Notes: generated from the sequence alone by a model not told the origin. Positions 1-10,216 are shown, numbered from the stretch's first letter. The stretch: 64,000 bases of DNA from Armatimonadota bacterium (GCA_037443365.1 JBBIOM010000001.1:122304-186303), one strand, 5' to 3'. A program made the numbers and translations.

Positions 1-1015
1 GCGCCGGGTTGGGATGCCGGCAGATTGACTCCGGCTGGCCGTCGTGATCCCGCAGGATCGCCAGAAGCGCGTCCGATGGGATCGGGCCACGGCCGGCGGC
101 CTCCTCCAAGAGCCGCTCTGCGCGCGCGCACCTGTGGAAGGTCGAGCGCCACTCTTCGGTGATCGGCTGCCAGACTCCAAGCCGGTCGGGGTCCCGGAAG
201 TGATTGGCGTGCGCCAAGGTCCCACGGGCAGGACTCAGCGCGCAGACCCCGTATGGTGCCACCTCCAGGTCAACAACCGTTCCCTTTCCCGCGCCCTCTG
301 CATGGCCCAGCAGGAAGTTAGCGGAGCAGGCGTGACCTCCCTGTGTAACGGCCCAGAGCGCAGCCTCCAGCGTCGCGCTGCACAGCGCCTCCCATGTGCG
401 CAGGTGAAAGGGGCGTCCCGGGCGCGTCCAGTCGTCGTCGGCGGATGTGAGGCCGCTGACAGCAAGGCCGATCCCGGCGCTGTTCAGCCCGATCTTCCCT
501 CCCGCTATCCCGGCCTCGGTGAAGCACAGCACGCGAAGCCCGTCCGGGCGCGTGACGTGCACGAGCAAGCCCGCAACCCCGGGTATCCAGTCCCAGTTCT
601 CGCCAATCCAGAGGTGGCCGTCGCCCGAGGCTTCCGGGGCAACCGCCACAAGCGTGCACTCCTGGCCCGGCGCCGACGTCCCACCCAGCTCTTGCCTCGC
701 CAGCCGCGAGAACTCGCCGTAGAACAGCTCATAGCGCAGGTTCAGCGCGGCTATCTCCAGCACAGGCTGGCCCGCGCCGTCTGCCAGGCCCTCAACCATC
801 TCCGCGAAGGCAGCGCTCGAGGCGCGCACGCCGGGCCACATCCGCTCTGTTCGCCCCAGCACCTCGTCCCGTGAAAGGCACACCTCGCCGGCGAACCGGC
901 GGAAGTAGAGGTCGAGGTTGTGCGCGACCAGATCGGCGGCGGCCCTCCCGTGGCCCTCCCCGATCTGGCGCGGTCCGCCCGCCAGCCGGAGCAGCGGCAG
1001 CGATGCCTCGCTCAC
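1..1015 (-). CDS. C45-family Ntn hydrolase (acyl-CoA:6-aminopenicillanate acyltransferase-like), truncated by the window edge
   Basis: Not in ORF track. Manual translation from GTG at 1015 (GTGA overlap with the GNAT stop): MSEASLPLLRLAGGPRQIGEGHG...EIAALNLRYELFY...QECTLVAV...GHLWIGENWDW...FTEAGIAGGKIGLNSAGIG, typical C45 motifs (autocleavage Cys, NWDW). Confidence 0.8.
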   Translation of the reverse strand, partial: MSEASLPLLRLAGGPRQIGEGHGRAAADLVAHNLDLYFRRFAGEVCLSRDEVLGRTERMWPGVRASSAAFAEMVEGLADGAGQPVLEIAALNLRYELFYGEFSRLARQELGGTSAPGQECTLVAVAPEASGDGHLWIGENWDWIPGVAGLLVHVTRPDGLRVLCFTEAGIAGGKIGLNSAGIGLAVSGLTSADDDWTRPGRPFHLRTWEALCSATLEAALWAVTQGGHACSANFLLGHAEGAGKGTVVDLEVAPYGVCALSPARGTLAHANHFRDPDRLGVWQPITEEWRSTFHRCARAERLLEEAAGRGPIPSDALLAILRDHDGQPESICRHPNPA

Positions 1016-2034
1016 GGCGCGGCCGGCGGCTCCAGAGCAGCCTCGTAGCTGATCCAGGCCGGCTGTCGGGCAAACCCCAGACGCGCGTTGATCGCCAGCA
1101 TGTCCGCGTTCTGCGACGCGTTCCAGGTGCGTATTTCCAGGTAGCCGTGCCGGCGTCCGTAGGAGATCGTCGCCAGCTTGAGCCCCATCGCGATGCCGCG
1201 CCCCCTGTGCGCGGGGAGCACGCCGGTTATTCCATGGTAGAGGTGGGTCCCCAGGGCGGGCCGCTGCAGGTCGGCCACGCCCACGTAGGCGCTGTCTGCG
1301 ACGGCCAGGAAGTGCGCGTCGGGCAGTGCCCTGGACGACTCGACAGCGCTGTAGGCGTACAGGTCGTACGAGATGGGCGTGTACGGGATCGGCATCGGAA
1401 TGTCCGCGACCACGGCGTTGTGCAGTTCGTAGGCGCGGCGCAGCGCGGAAGGATCGCGCCGGAGCTCGTCTTGGAGCGTCACTATCGCGACGCCTTCTCG
1501 CCGCAGGCGGTCGTCGTAGTGCTCAAACGGAGCAGGATCGAACCGTGCCAGTTCGAGCCGGACCTCCCAGGTCCGCATCGTCTCACGGAACCCCCTCTGG
1601 AGCAGGAACCGGATCGCCTCGGGCGCAGTCTCGCGGGCCGACGATTCGAGCACTCGGGCGCCCTGCGCCGCCAGCAGGTGGCGTGCGTGGGCGTAGAGCG
1701 CGGAGCCGACTCCCTGATTCCGCCAGGCGGGGTCGGTGTAGACGCCCACGCGGTAGCGCGCGGGATCGAACTGCCCTGGCATGTGGTGGGCGTGCGAGTA
1801 CCCGACAACCAGCCCCGAGGGGATCTGCGCGACCACCAGGTGGGACGCGTAGCCCCCCTCCCGCAGGCGCGCCTCGAACTCCCGGAACTCCTCCAGTGTG
1901 TCGCGGTACTCCGGGTAGACCGCGTTGTGGATCTCCAGGATCCGCGCCTCGTCGGTGTCCTGGCAGGCGCGCACAACAAGCGGCGTCACGATCCGGGGGC
2001 GGTCCCCACGCGCGTCCTGGCTAGGCGAGCCCAT
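1012..2034 (-). CDS. Tandem-domain GNAT acetyltransferase
   Basis: Two acetyl-CoA motifs (WRNQGVGSAL; HRGRGIAMGLK) and NASQNADMLAINARLGF. Confidence 0.85.
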   Translation of the reverse strand: MGSPSQDARGDRPRIVTPLVVRACQDTDEARILEIHNAVYPEYRDTLEEFREFEARLREGGYASHLVVAQIPSGLVVGYSHAHHMPGQFDPARYRVGVYTDPAWRNQGVGSALYAHARHLLAAQGARVLESSARETAPEAIRFLLQRGFRETMRTWEVRLELARFDPAPFEHYDDRLRREGVAIVTLQDELRRDPSALRRAYELHNAVVADIPMPIPYTPISYDLYAYSAVESSRALPDAHFLAVADSAYVGVADLQRPALGTHLYHGITGVLPAHRGRGIAMGLKLATISYGRRHGYLEIRTWNASQNADMLAINARLGFARQPAWISYEAALEPPAAP

Positions 2035-3361
2035 GCTTCTTCACGAATCCGTCCAGCACGTCCGCGAGATCGGGGTGGCCGATCTCCTCCAGCCGATAGC
2101 GCACGCGTGTCGAGGGCCTGTTGATCCTGATGATGCGGCCCAGATTGACGGGCGTTCCGATGACCACCGCGTCGCATTCGGTCCGGTTGATCGTGGCTTC
2201 CAGATCCCGGAGCATCGCCTCTCCGTAGCCCATGGCCGGCAGCAGGGCGCCGATCTCGGGGTAGGCCTGGAAGGCGTCTATGAGGGTCCCTGTGATGTAC
2301 GGGCGTGGATCCACGAGCTCGGCGGCGCCGAACCTCCTGGCCGCGACGACGCCCGCGCCCATCTTCATCTGGCCGTGCGTCAGGGTTGGGCCGTCCTCGA
2401 TCACGAGCACCCTCTTGCCCCGGATCACCGAGGGGTCGTCCACCTCAACCGGCGAGGCCGCGTGGATGACAACCGCCTTCGGGCACACCGCGGCGATGTT
2501 GCGGCGCACTGTCGCCAGCCCTTCCTGGCCGGCGCTGTCCACCTTGTTGATTACCACCACGTCGGCCATCCTGAGGGTGACCGCCCCGGGCCAGTAGCTG
2601 GTCTCGTGCCCCGGCCGCAAGGGATCAACGACCGTAATCTGGAGATCGGGCCGGTAGAATGAGAAATCGTTGTTGCCGCCGTCCCAGAGGATCACGTCAC
2701 AGCCCCTGGGATCGTCCTCGGCGGCCCGAAGCACGGCCTCGCAGTCCACCCCAGAGTAGATCACGTTGCCGCGCTCGAGGTGGGGCTCGTATTCCTCCAT
2801 CTCCTCCAGCGTGCACCTGTGCTTGTGGAGGTCGGCGGGCTCGGCGAACCGCTGCACCTTCTGGGCGACGAGATCGCCATAGGGCATGGGGTGGCGGACG
2901 GCCACCACGCGCAGTCCCCAGGCCATCAGCAGCTCGATGATCCGCCGCGATGTCTGGCTCTTGCCGGCCCCGGTGCGCACCGCGCACACCGCGATCACCG
3001 GCCGCTTGCTCCTGATCTGGGTATCCCTGGGCCCCAGCATCACGAAGTTGGCCCCTGCCGCCTGTACTATCGCGGCAACGGTCAGGACGTGCTGGAAGGA
3101 GACGTCGCTGTAGGAGAAGACGCAGTCGTCCACCTCGAGATCCCGGATCAGCGAGGGGAGGGCCTCCTCCGGGTAAACGGGAATGCCGTCCGGATACAGC
3201 TGGCCTGCGAGTTCCGGGGGGTACTTCCTGCCTTCGATGTTCGGGATCTGGGCCGCGGTGAAGGCCACAACCCTGTAGTCCCTGTTCTCCCTGAAGAAGG
3301 TGTTGAAGTTGTGGAAGTCCCTCCCCGCCGCGCCAATGACGATCACGTTTCTCCTGGCCAT
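2021..3361 (-). CDS. arcE: Cyclic 2,3-diphosphoglycerate synthetase-like P-loop protein; probable arginine synthetase
   Basis: GAAGRDFHNFN N-terminus, P-loop AVRTGAGKSQT, WDGGNND, EDGPTLTHG; directly downstream of a catabolic-type OTCase. Confidence 0.65.
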   Translation of the reverse strand: MARRNVIVIGAAGRDFHNFNTFFRENRDYRVVAFTAAQIPNIEGRKYPPELAGQLYPDGIPVYPEEALPSLIRDLEVDDCVFSYSDVSFQHVLTVAAIVQAAGANFVMLGPRDTQIRSKRPVIAVCAVRTGAGKSQTSRRIIELLMAWGLRVVAVRHPMPYGDLVAQKVQRFAEPADLHKHRCTLEEMEEYEPHLERGNVIYSGVDCEAVLRAAEDDPRGCDVILWDGGNNDFSFYRPDLQITVVDPLRPGHETSYWPGAVTLRMADVVVINKVDSAGQEGLATVRRNIAAVCPKAVVIHAASPVEVDDPSVIRGKRVLVIEDGPTLTHGQMKMGAGVVAARRFGAAELVDPRPYITGTLIDAFQAYPEIGALLPAMGYGEAMLRDLEATINRTECDAVVIGTPVNLGRIIRINRPSTRVRYRLEEIGHPDLADVLDGFVKKHGLA

Positions 3362-3369
3362 CCGAAGGG

Positions 3370-4371
3370 CTAGCTCCCCAGGGTGGCCACCATCACGGCC
3401 TTGATCGTGTGCACCCTGTTCTCGGCCTCGTCGAACACGACCGAGGCGCCGGATTCAAAGACCTCATCCGTCACCTCCATGGCCTCGAGACCGAACTTCT
3501 GGTAGATCTCCTCGCCGATCTTGGTTTCGCGATTGTGGAAGGAGGGCAGGCAATGCAGGAACTTCACGTTTGGGTTGCCGCTCTTCTGCATGACGGCCCG
3601 GTTGACCTGGTAGGGGGCAAGCAGCTTGATGCGCTCCCCCCAGACCTCCGGCGGCTCGCCCATCGAGACCCAGACGTCCGTCGCGATGAAGTCGCACCCC
3701 CGCACCCCCTCGTCCACGTCCTCGGTGAGGGTGATCCTGGCGCCTGTCTCCCTTGCGATCTCGCGCGCCTGCTCCACAAGAGCCGGGCTCTGCTGAAGGC
3801 TGCGGGGCGCCACGGACCGGAAGTCCATGCCCATCTTGGCAGCCCCCACCAGGTACGAGTTGCCCATGTTGAACCGCGCGTCGCCCAGATACGCGAACGC
3901 GATCTGGCTCAACGGCTTATCGCTGTGCTCCATCATGGTCAGCAGATCGGCCAGGATCTGCGTGGGGTGGAACTCGTTGGTTAGGCCGTTCCAGACCGGC
4001 ACGCCGGCGTGCCTGGCCAGGTCCTCCACGATCTGCTGGGAGAACCCCCTGTACTCGATCCCATCGTACATCCGACCAAGGACCCGGGCCGTATCCTTGA
4101 TTGACTCCTTGGACCCCATCTGTGAACCCGTGGGCTCGAGGTAGGTGACGCGCGCGCCCTGATCGTAGGCGGCGGTCTCGAAGGCGCACCGGGTTCGAGT
4201 GGAGGCCTTCTCGAAGATCAGCACGATGTTCTTGCCGCGCAGGCGCTGCTGCTCGGTCCCGGCGTAGCGGGCCTTCTTCAAGTCCGCCGAAAGGTCCAGC
4301 AGGAATCTGAGCTCCTGGGGCGTGAAGTCGAGCTCCTTCAGGAAGCTCCTGTTCCTCAGGTTGAAGGGCAT
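3370..4371 (-). CDS. arcB: Ornithine carbamoyltransferase, resembling catabolic ArcB
   Basis: STRT, HPTQ, DVWVSMG, HCLP motifs; N-terminus resembles Pseudomonas ArcB. Confidence 0.92.
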   Translation of the reverse strand: MPFNLRNRSFLKELDFTPQELRFLLDLSADLKKARYAGTEQQRLRGKNIVLIFEKASTRTRCAFETAAYDQGARVTYLEPTGSQMGSKESIKDTARVLGRMYDGIEYRGFSQQIVEDLARHAGVPVWNGLTNEFHPTQILADLLTMMEHSDKPLSQIAFAYLGDARFNMGNSYLVGAAKMGMDFRSVAPRSLQQSPALVEQAREIARETGARITLTEDVDEGVRGCDFIATDVWVSMGEPPEVWGERIKLLAPYQVNRAVMQKSGNPNVKFLHCLPSFHNRETKIGEEIYQKFGLEAMEVTDEVFESGASVVFDEAENRVHTIKAVMVATLGS

Positions 4372-4535
4372 GTCCAGACCTCCTTCGGGTGACCGCGGGC
4401 CGACGCGCCGCAGGAAGCCATGTTTCGACGGCGCCTACTGCCCTCCTCCTCTGGCTGTCCTTGCCGCGGACGTTTTCACTGAACGCCTACGGGGTGACAG
4501 AATCACAGAACGTTCACAAGAGCCACTACGGCGGA

Positions 4536-4564
4536 TTGACGATGGCGCCCGGGCGTGCTATCTT
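4536..4564 (+). promoter_or_regulatory. Sigma70-type promoter
   Basis: TTGACG-17 nt-TATCTT with TG extension. Confidence 0.7.
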
Positions 4565-4578
4565 CCTCAACGAACGTA

Positions 4579-4615
4579 CTCCTTTAAGGAGCCGTCCTGC
4601 GAGACGGACAAGGAG
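4579..4615 (+). promoter_or_regulatory. PyrR-binding RNA hairpin (pyr leader)
   Basis: CUCCUUUAA...CCGUCCUGCGAGACGG..AAGGAG resembles the PyrR consensus (CUUUAA plus GUCCnGnGAG loop); CTCCTT pairs with AAGGAG. Confidence 0.7.
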
Positions 4616-4642
4616 GATGCGATGACAGACGGCACCCTACCG

Positions 4643-4669
4643 CGCCCGCCGCTAGAGCGGCGGGCGTTT
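4643..4669 (+). terminator. Attenuator-type terminator hairpin
   Basis: CGCCCGCCGC-TAGA-GCGGCGGGCG followed by TTT (short U tract). Confidence 0.55.
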
Positions 4670-4744
4670 CGCTGTCCCCGGGCGGGGACGGTACCCCGGC
4701 AACTCCCAAGAACGCTAAGTGCCCCAGACGAAGACTAAGGGAGA

Positions 4745-5953
4745 GTGGCGCCGACCATGGACACCCACACGGACAGGGTAGAGCACGGCAACTGGGACAG
4801 GGCGCTCGAGCAGGCCGCCCGCGCATTCGGCGGCTGGCTCAATGCGCACACGCACCTTGACCGGGCCAACACCTTCGCGCCCGAGTTCCTGCAGCATGCC
4901 AACATCGATCCGATGGGCGCGGCGGGCCTCTCGCTCCCGGTCAAGCAGATCCTGGTGGGCGAGCTGCACAAGGGCCTCGCCTACCAGCCCGAGAGCCTCT
5001 ATGCCCGCATGCGGGCCGAGCTGGAGCGCATGGAGGCAATGCACACGCGCGAGGTCATCTCGTTCGTGGACGCCACCCCGGACATCGGGCTGGTGGCCAT
5101 CGAGCAGGCGGCGCGGCTGCGCGAGGAGTTCCGGGGCCGGCTTGCGCTCCGGATCGCGGTTTCGCCGATATTCGGCTTCAAGAACCCCAGGACCAACCCG
5201 GACCGTTGGGACGTGTACAGGCAGGCGGCCGAGATCGCCGACGTGCTGGGCGGGCTGCCCTCTCGGGACCGCGCGGAGGGCCGCGTGGGCTTCGACGGAC
5301 ACGTCCGAATGGTCCTGGAGCTCGGAAAGGCGCTGCGCAAGCCCGTGCACTTCCAGGTGGACCAGGACAACGATCCGAGGGAATCCGAGACCGAGCAGCT
5401 CGTGCAGGCGGTGAGGTGGCTGGGATCGCCCGCGGCGGACGGGGAGAACGGTCCCACGGTATGGGCCGTACACGCCATCTCGCCATCGTGCTACGAGGAG
5501 GGCCGCTTCCAGCGCCTGGTGGAGGACCTGCTGGCCCACCGCGTGGGCGTCATCTCCTGTCCGACGGCGGCGCTGTCCATGTTCCAGCTCCGCCCCATGG
5601 TGGCGCCGCTGCACAACTCCGTGGCGCGGCTGCTGGACATGATGGCCGCCGGCGTGCCCGTGCGCATCGGAACGGATAACATCTGCGACATCTTCATCCC
5701 CAACGGCGACGGCAGCGCGCGCAGCGAGCTGTGGGTGGCGGCCTCTGCGCTGCGGTTCTATCACACGGTGGTCTGGGCGAAGATCGGGGCCGGTGTGGCC
5801 CTTAACGAGGGCGACCGCGAGTGGATCCGGCAGGCCCTGGCGAGGGCGCGCGACACCTGGTCCACGGTGCGGGCGACGCTCGCAACAGCGGCGTCAGACG
5901 GCAACCGCCGGGACCACGCCGAGGACAGAACGCACCTGGCCGCGGCGCGGTAG
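4745..5953 (+). CDS. Amidohydrolase, cytosine deaminase-like
   Basis: NAHTHLD metal motif and GTDN; PyrR-type leader upstream. Confidence 0.75.
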   Translation: MAPTMDTHTDRVEHGNWDRALEQAARAFGGWLNAHTHLDRANTFAPEFLQHANIDPMGAAGLSLPVKQILVGELHKGLAYQPESLYARMRAELERMEAMHTREVISFVDATPDIGLVAIEQAARLREEFRGRLALRIAVSPIFGFKNPRTNPDRWDVYRQAAEIADVLGGLPSRDRAEGRVGFDGHVRMVLELGKALRKPVHFQVDQDNDPRESETEQLVQAVRWLGSPAADGENGPTVWAVHAISPSCYEEGRFQRLVEDLLAHRVGVISCPTAALSMFQLRPMVAPLHNSVARLLDMMAAGVPVRIGTDNICDIFIPNGDGSARSELWVAASALRFYHTVVWAKIGAGVALNEGDREWIRQALARARDTWSTVRATLATAASDGNRRDHAEDRTHLAAAR

Positions 5954-6084
5954 CCTCACGGAGGAATCAGCGCGCGCAGACCTGAAGTGTATCGGTTGGC
6001 GGGCAGCGGCGGCGTGCTCCGAACGCCGTGCCTGACTGGGAGCCATCGCCGTCGCGCCAAGTCATCTGCGAGGAGGTTCCAGCC

Positions 6085-7365
6085 GTGAGGAAGGTCTGGA
6101 CTGCGATAGCCGTCGCCGCCGCGGTCCTTGCGATGCCGGCCGCCGGCGCAGGGCAACCGCGAGTGACAATCACCTACTGGCAGTACTTCTTCGAGAGCAA
6201 GGTCAAGCTCGTTGACCAGCTCATAACCCAGTTCGAGGCCCAGTTCCCAAACATCAAGGTGGCGCACGAGCACTTCCCCTACGACGCCTACAACCAGAAG
6301 GTGGCCAGCGCCGTCCCGGCCGGCACAGGGCCGGACGTGGTGAACCTGTTCTACGGGTGGGTGCCGCTCTACGTGGACAGCGGCTACCTGCAGCCGCTGC
6401 CGGTCGAGGCGTTCCCGCCTGTGCAGCTCGAGCGCGACTACATCCCGATGATCAGGGGGTCGAAGCTGGACGGCAAGTACTGGGCGATCCCCACGGCCGT
6501 GCGCAGCCTGGCACTGTTCTACAACGCCGATCTGTTCCGCGCGGCCAATGTGGTGCGGCCGCCGGTCACCTGGGATGAGTTTCAGGCCGCCGCCGAGCGC
6601 ATGACCGCGCGCGACGACCGCGGCCGGATCACGACGATGGGCTTCGGGATCGCGCCTTCCGGGCAGGACCATCACCTGCTGCGCGAGGTGCTGTTCCGGC
6701 AGTGGGGAGCGTCGCCGTACAGCTCGAACAACCAGCGCGTGACATACGCGACGGACGCCGGCGCCGAGGCCCTGCGCTGGTACACCGACCTGATCACCAA
6801 GTCCAAGGTCGGCGCCATCGACTTCTTCCCGGGCGCCGGGGGATACCGCAACGCCTTCATGGCGGGCAGGGCGGGCATGATCGTTGACGGCTCCTTTGCC
6901 ATCGCCGCGATCCGGCGCGGGACGCGGGCCGCCTGGGGAGTTGCGCCGCTGCCCGGGCGCACGGTGGGCGGCGCGCCTTCCAACTTCGGCTCCTACTGGG
7001 TGCACGGCCTGACGAAGCGGGCGCAGGGACCTCGCCGCGATGCCGCGATCCAGTTCCTCAAGTTCCTGGTCTCGGAGCAGACGCAGCGGTTGTGGCTGGA
7101 CGCGGTGGGCGAACTCCCGGCGTACAAGCGCCTGGTCGACGACCCGCGACTCGTCGCCGATCCGGTCTTTGGCCCGTTCGTCTCGGCGCTCCCTCACGCG
7201 CGCGCCACGTTCTTCGTGGATGAGGCCGCGCAGCGGCAGGTGCTGGTGGACGCGGTCAACGAGGTGGTGCTGAACAACAGGCCGCCCAGGCAGGCACTCG
7301 AGGAGGCAGCGGCCAAGGAGCAAAAGGTACTCGACGAGTTCTGGGCCAAGCGCAAGCGCCCGTAG
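6085..7365 (+). CDS. Sugar ABC transporter substrate-binding protein
   Basis: AGGAGG RBS then GTG at 6085; signal peptide; GPDVV, LFYNADLF, PPVTWDEF. Confidence 0.9.
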   Translation: MRKVWTAIAVAAAVLAMPAAGAGQPRVTITYWQYFFESKVKLVDQLITQFEAQFPNIKVAHEHFPYDAYNQKVASAVPAGTGPDVVNLFYGWVPLYVDSGYLQPLPVEAFPPVQLERDYIPMIRGSKLDGKYWAIPTAVRSLALFYNADLFRAANVVRPPVTWDEFQAAAERMTARDDRGRITTMGFGIAPSGQDHHLLREVLFRQWGASPYSSNNQRVTYATDAGAEALRWYTDLITKSKVGAIDFFPGAGGYRNAFMAGRAGMIVDGSFAIAAIRRGTRAAWGVAPLPGRTVGGAPSNFGSYWVHGLTKRAQGPRRDAAIQFLKFLVSEQTQRLWLDAVGELPAYKRLVDDPRLVADPVFGPFVSALPHARATFFVDEAAQRQVLVDAVNEVVLNNRPPRQALEEAAAKEQKVLDEFWAKRKRP

Positions 7366-7386
7366 GGTGGCCCTCGGGCGGGCGGG

Positions 7387-8313
7387 ATGACATCCGGGGT
7401 CGCCGCGGCGAGTCCTGCGCGACGCGGGTTGCGCATAGGGCAGCAGAGGGCGCTGTGGGGCTACGCGTTCCTGGCGATCCCCCTGCTGTTCTTCGCGACC
7501 ATCCGGGTGCTGCCGGCCTTCTCCTCGCTGTACATCAGCGTCCACGAGTGGAACATCATCTCGCCCAACCGCCCGTACGTGGGCCTGGCCAACTTCCACG
7601 CGCTGGCCGCCGACCCCCGGTTCCTGCGCGCCGCAATCAACACCGTTCGCTATGTCCTTGTTGGTATCCCGGCGCAGATGATCCTGGGGCTGGGCCTCGC
7701 GTTGCTGCTCCGGCGCATCGTCAGGCTTCGCGGGCTGTACCGGGCGCTATACTTCATGCCGTTCATCACGCCCATCGTGGCTGCCAGCTGGGTGTGGCAG
7801 TGGATGTACTCGCAGCACCTCGGTCCCCTCAACAGGATCCTGCAGGCCGCAGGCATCCCGGCCCAGGGGTTCCTGCGCGATCCTGACCAGGCCCTCTACG
7901 CCGTAACGGCCATGGTCGTCTGGCAGTACTTGGGGTTCCAGGTGGTTATCTTCCTGGCCGGGCTCGAGGCCATACCGCGCGTCTACTACGAGGCCGCCGA
8001 GGTGGACGGGGCCACCGGAGGGCAGCTCTTCTGGCGAATCACGCTGCCGCTGCTGAATCCGACCCTCGTCTTTTCCATCGTCTACAGCACGATCGTCTAC
8101 CTGCAGCTCTTCACCCAGGTGCTCAACATGACGTTCCAGGACCAGGGCGGTCCCCTCGCCAGCACGCTCACGCTGGTCCTCTACGTCTATCACCTAGGGT
8201 TCCACCGCTTCAGGATGGGCGAGGCCGCCGCCGCGACCGCGGTCCTGTTCGTGGTAATCCTGACGATCACGCTGCTGCAGATGAAGTTCCTGAGCAGGCC
8301 GGTGGAGTACTGA
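7387..8313 (+). CDS. Carbohydrate ABC permease (MalF-like)
   Basis: YVGLANF; EAA loop YYEAAEVDGA. Confidence 0.92.
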   Translation: MTSGVAAASPARRGLRIGQQRALWGYAFLAIPLLFFATIRVLPAFSSLYISVHEWNIISPNRPYVGLANFHALAADPRFLRAAINTVRYVLVGIPAQMILGLGLALLLRRIVRLRGLYRALYFMPFITPIVAASWVWQWMYSQHLGPLNRILQAAGIPAQGFLRDPDQALYAVTAMVVWQYLGFQVVIFLAGLEAIPRVYYEAAEVDGATGGQLFWRITLPLLNPTLVFSIVYSTIVYLQLFTQVLNMTFQDQGGPLASTLTLVLYVYHLGFHRFRMGEAAAATAVLFVVILTITLLQMKFLSRPVEY

Positions 8314-9140
8314 TGGGCGCCCGCGCGCGGATCGATCCGAGAACCGCGGCCGGCTACCTCATCCTGACCGCGGGTGGCCTGGTTGTCGCGTTCCCCTTCC
8401 TGTGGATGGTCGCGAGCTCCCTGAAGCCGCTGGCGGAGATATTCGACGTGCGCTTCCTCCCGGTGGAGCCCACGCTGGAGAACTACACGGAGGTGCTCAC
8501 TCGCACGCAGTTCCCGCGCTGGTTCGCCAACAGCCTGATCATTGCGGCCATCACCACGGCGAGCGTGGCCTTCTTCGATTCGCTCGTCGGCTACGCCCTG
8601 GCCAAGTTGCGCTTTCCCGGCCGCGACCTGATCTTCGTGCTGATCCTGGCCACGCTGATGATCCCCACGGAGATGCTGGTGATACCCTGGTACATCATGT
8701 CCAGCGCCAACGGGTGGATCAACACCTATTGGGGCATCATGTTCCCGGGATTGATCACCGCCTTCGGCATCTTCCTGATACGGCAGTTCATGTCGGGCGT
8801 GCCCGACGAGCTGCTGGATGCCGGGCGCATGGACGGTGTCGGCGAGTTCGGGCTCTTCTGGCGAATCGCGCTGCCGCAGATCAAGCCGGCGGTGGCGGCG
8901 CTGTGCATCTTCACCTTCCTGGGGAACTGGAACGCGTTCCTGTGGCCCATGATCGTGATTCAGACGCCCAACATGCGCACGCTCCCGGTCGGGCTCGCGC
9001 TCTTCTCGGGTGAAGCCGGCTCGTCATGGAACCTGATCATGGCGGGGTCGGCGCTGGCGATAATCCCGGTCCTGATCGTGTTCGTCGTGCTGCAGCGCCA
9101 GATCATCGAGGGCATCGTCCTGACAGGGCTTCGCAGCTGA
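8313..9140 (+). CDS. Carbohydrate ABC permease (MalG-like)
   Basis: ELLDAGRMDG; WNAFLWP. Confidence 0.92.
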   Translation: MGARARIDPRTAAGYLILTAGGLVVAFPFLWMVASSLKPLAEIFDVRFLPVEPTLENYTEVLTRTQFPRWFANSLIIAAITTASVAFFDSLVGYALAKLRFPGRDLIFVLILATLMIPTEMLVIPWYIMSSANGWINTYWGIMFPGLITAFGIFLIRQFMSGVPDELLDAGRMDGVGEFGLFWRIALPQIKPAVAALCIFTFLGNWNAFLWPMIVIQTPNMRTLPVGLALFSGEAGSSWNLIMAGSALAIIPVLIVFVVLQRQIIEGIVLTGLRS

Positions 9141-10156
9141 TGGGAGGAGCAGACCACGCGCCGGGCCGTGCGACCGGGCTCCCGGTGCCGGTGCTCGACT
9201 TCCACGCGCACTTCCCCGTGGGGCCGGCCTCCCCCAAAGCCGATCCCGTGCGGAGCGAGTACGTGAGGCGCCACGGCGAGGCCAGGTGGGCCATCGTCCA
9301 GGGGTGGCTCGATGCCGACCAGGCCGCCTGGCGCGCGGCCTGGGGGTTCGCGGAGCCCGAGCCTCCGGGGGACGACGCCGAGATGGCGGCGCGGTGGGCA
9401 GAGGAAGTGGACCGGCACGGATTGGCGCGCGTGGTATTCGTTACAGGGGGAGGGAACGACCGGCTGGCCTCGATCGTGGGGATGCGTCCGGATCGCTTTG
9501 TCGGCTTCGCGCACCACGATCCCTTTGCGCCCGGGGCGGCCGCCGAGCTGGCTCGGGCGATAGTGGACCTGGGGCTGCGCGGGTACAAGATCCTCGCCCC
9601 GCTCCACGCGCAGCGCCTTGACGACGAGCGCCTCGCACCGCTGTGGGAAACGGCGGAGCGCCTGGGGATCCCGGTGCTGGTGCACTTCGGCCCGCTGCGG
9701 CATCGGGGCATCGTGGCGGGCCCCAACATCAGCCCTCTCGTGCTCCAGGACGTGGCGCGGGGGTTCCCGGGCATCCCCTTTGTCGTCCCGCACCTGGGAT
9801 GCGGCTACCCGCGCGAGTTACTTCACCTGATGTGGGCCTGCGGCAACGTGCTTGTGGACACGTCCGGCAGCAACGAGTGGATGCGGTGGATGCCCTACGA
9901 TGTCAGCCTCGCCTCACTCCTTCGCCGGTTCCTGGACACGGTGGGCGCGGGGCGCATCATCTTCGGCTCGGACTCATCGTGGTTCCCGCGGGGATTCGCG
10001 CGCCAGTACCTCGACCTGCAGTTCGAGACGTGCCGCGCGCTCGGGCTATCGGACGATGACCTGCGCCTGGTCTTCTACGGAAACGCGGCCCGCCTGCTGG
10101 GCGTTGAGCCGCGCGACCGGTGCGGCCAGGAAGGAAGCAAAGCGGCCTCCGGCTAA
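9140..10156 (+). CDS. Amidohydrolase_2 family metal-dependent hydrolase
   Basis: DFHAH, PVLVHFG, VVPHLG, IFGSD; ATG overlaps the upstream TGA. Confidence 0.85.
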   Translation: MGGADHAPGRATGLPVPVLDFHAHFPVGPASPKADPVRSEYVRRHGEARWAIVQGWLDADQAAWRAAWGFAEPEPPGDDAEMAARWAEEVDRHGLARVVFVTGGGNDRLASIVGMRPDRFVGFAHHDPFAPGAAAELARAIVDLGLRGYKILAPLHAQRLDDERLAPLWETAERLGIPVLVHFGPLRHRGIVAGPNISPLVLQDVARGFPGIPFVVPHLGCGYPRELLHLMWACGNVLVDTSGSNEWMRWMPYDVSLASLLRRFLDTVGAGRIIFGSDSSWFPRGFARQYLDLQFETCRALGLSDDDLRLVFYGNAARLLGVEPRDRCGQEGSKAASG

Positions 10157-10216
10157 CCCTGCGATAGCGAAGCCGCCACGTCACAGCGCTGCCGGACGGC
10201 GACAAGGAGGCACGCC

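Noticed and set aside
44-874. 276-aa plus-strand ORF
   Set aside because: Antisense shadow of the C45 hydrolase, which carries the recognisable motifs
4492-4507. Crp/ArcR-like site GGTGA-CAGAA-TCACA upstream of arcB
   Set aside because: Spacer is 5 nt rather than 6 and one half-site is imperfect
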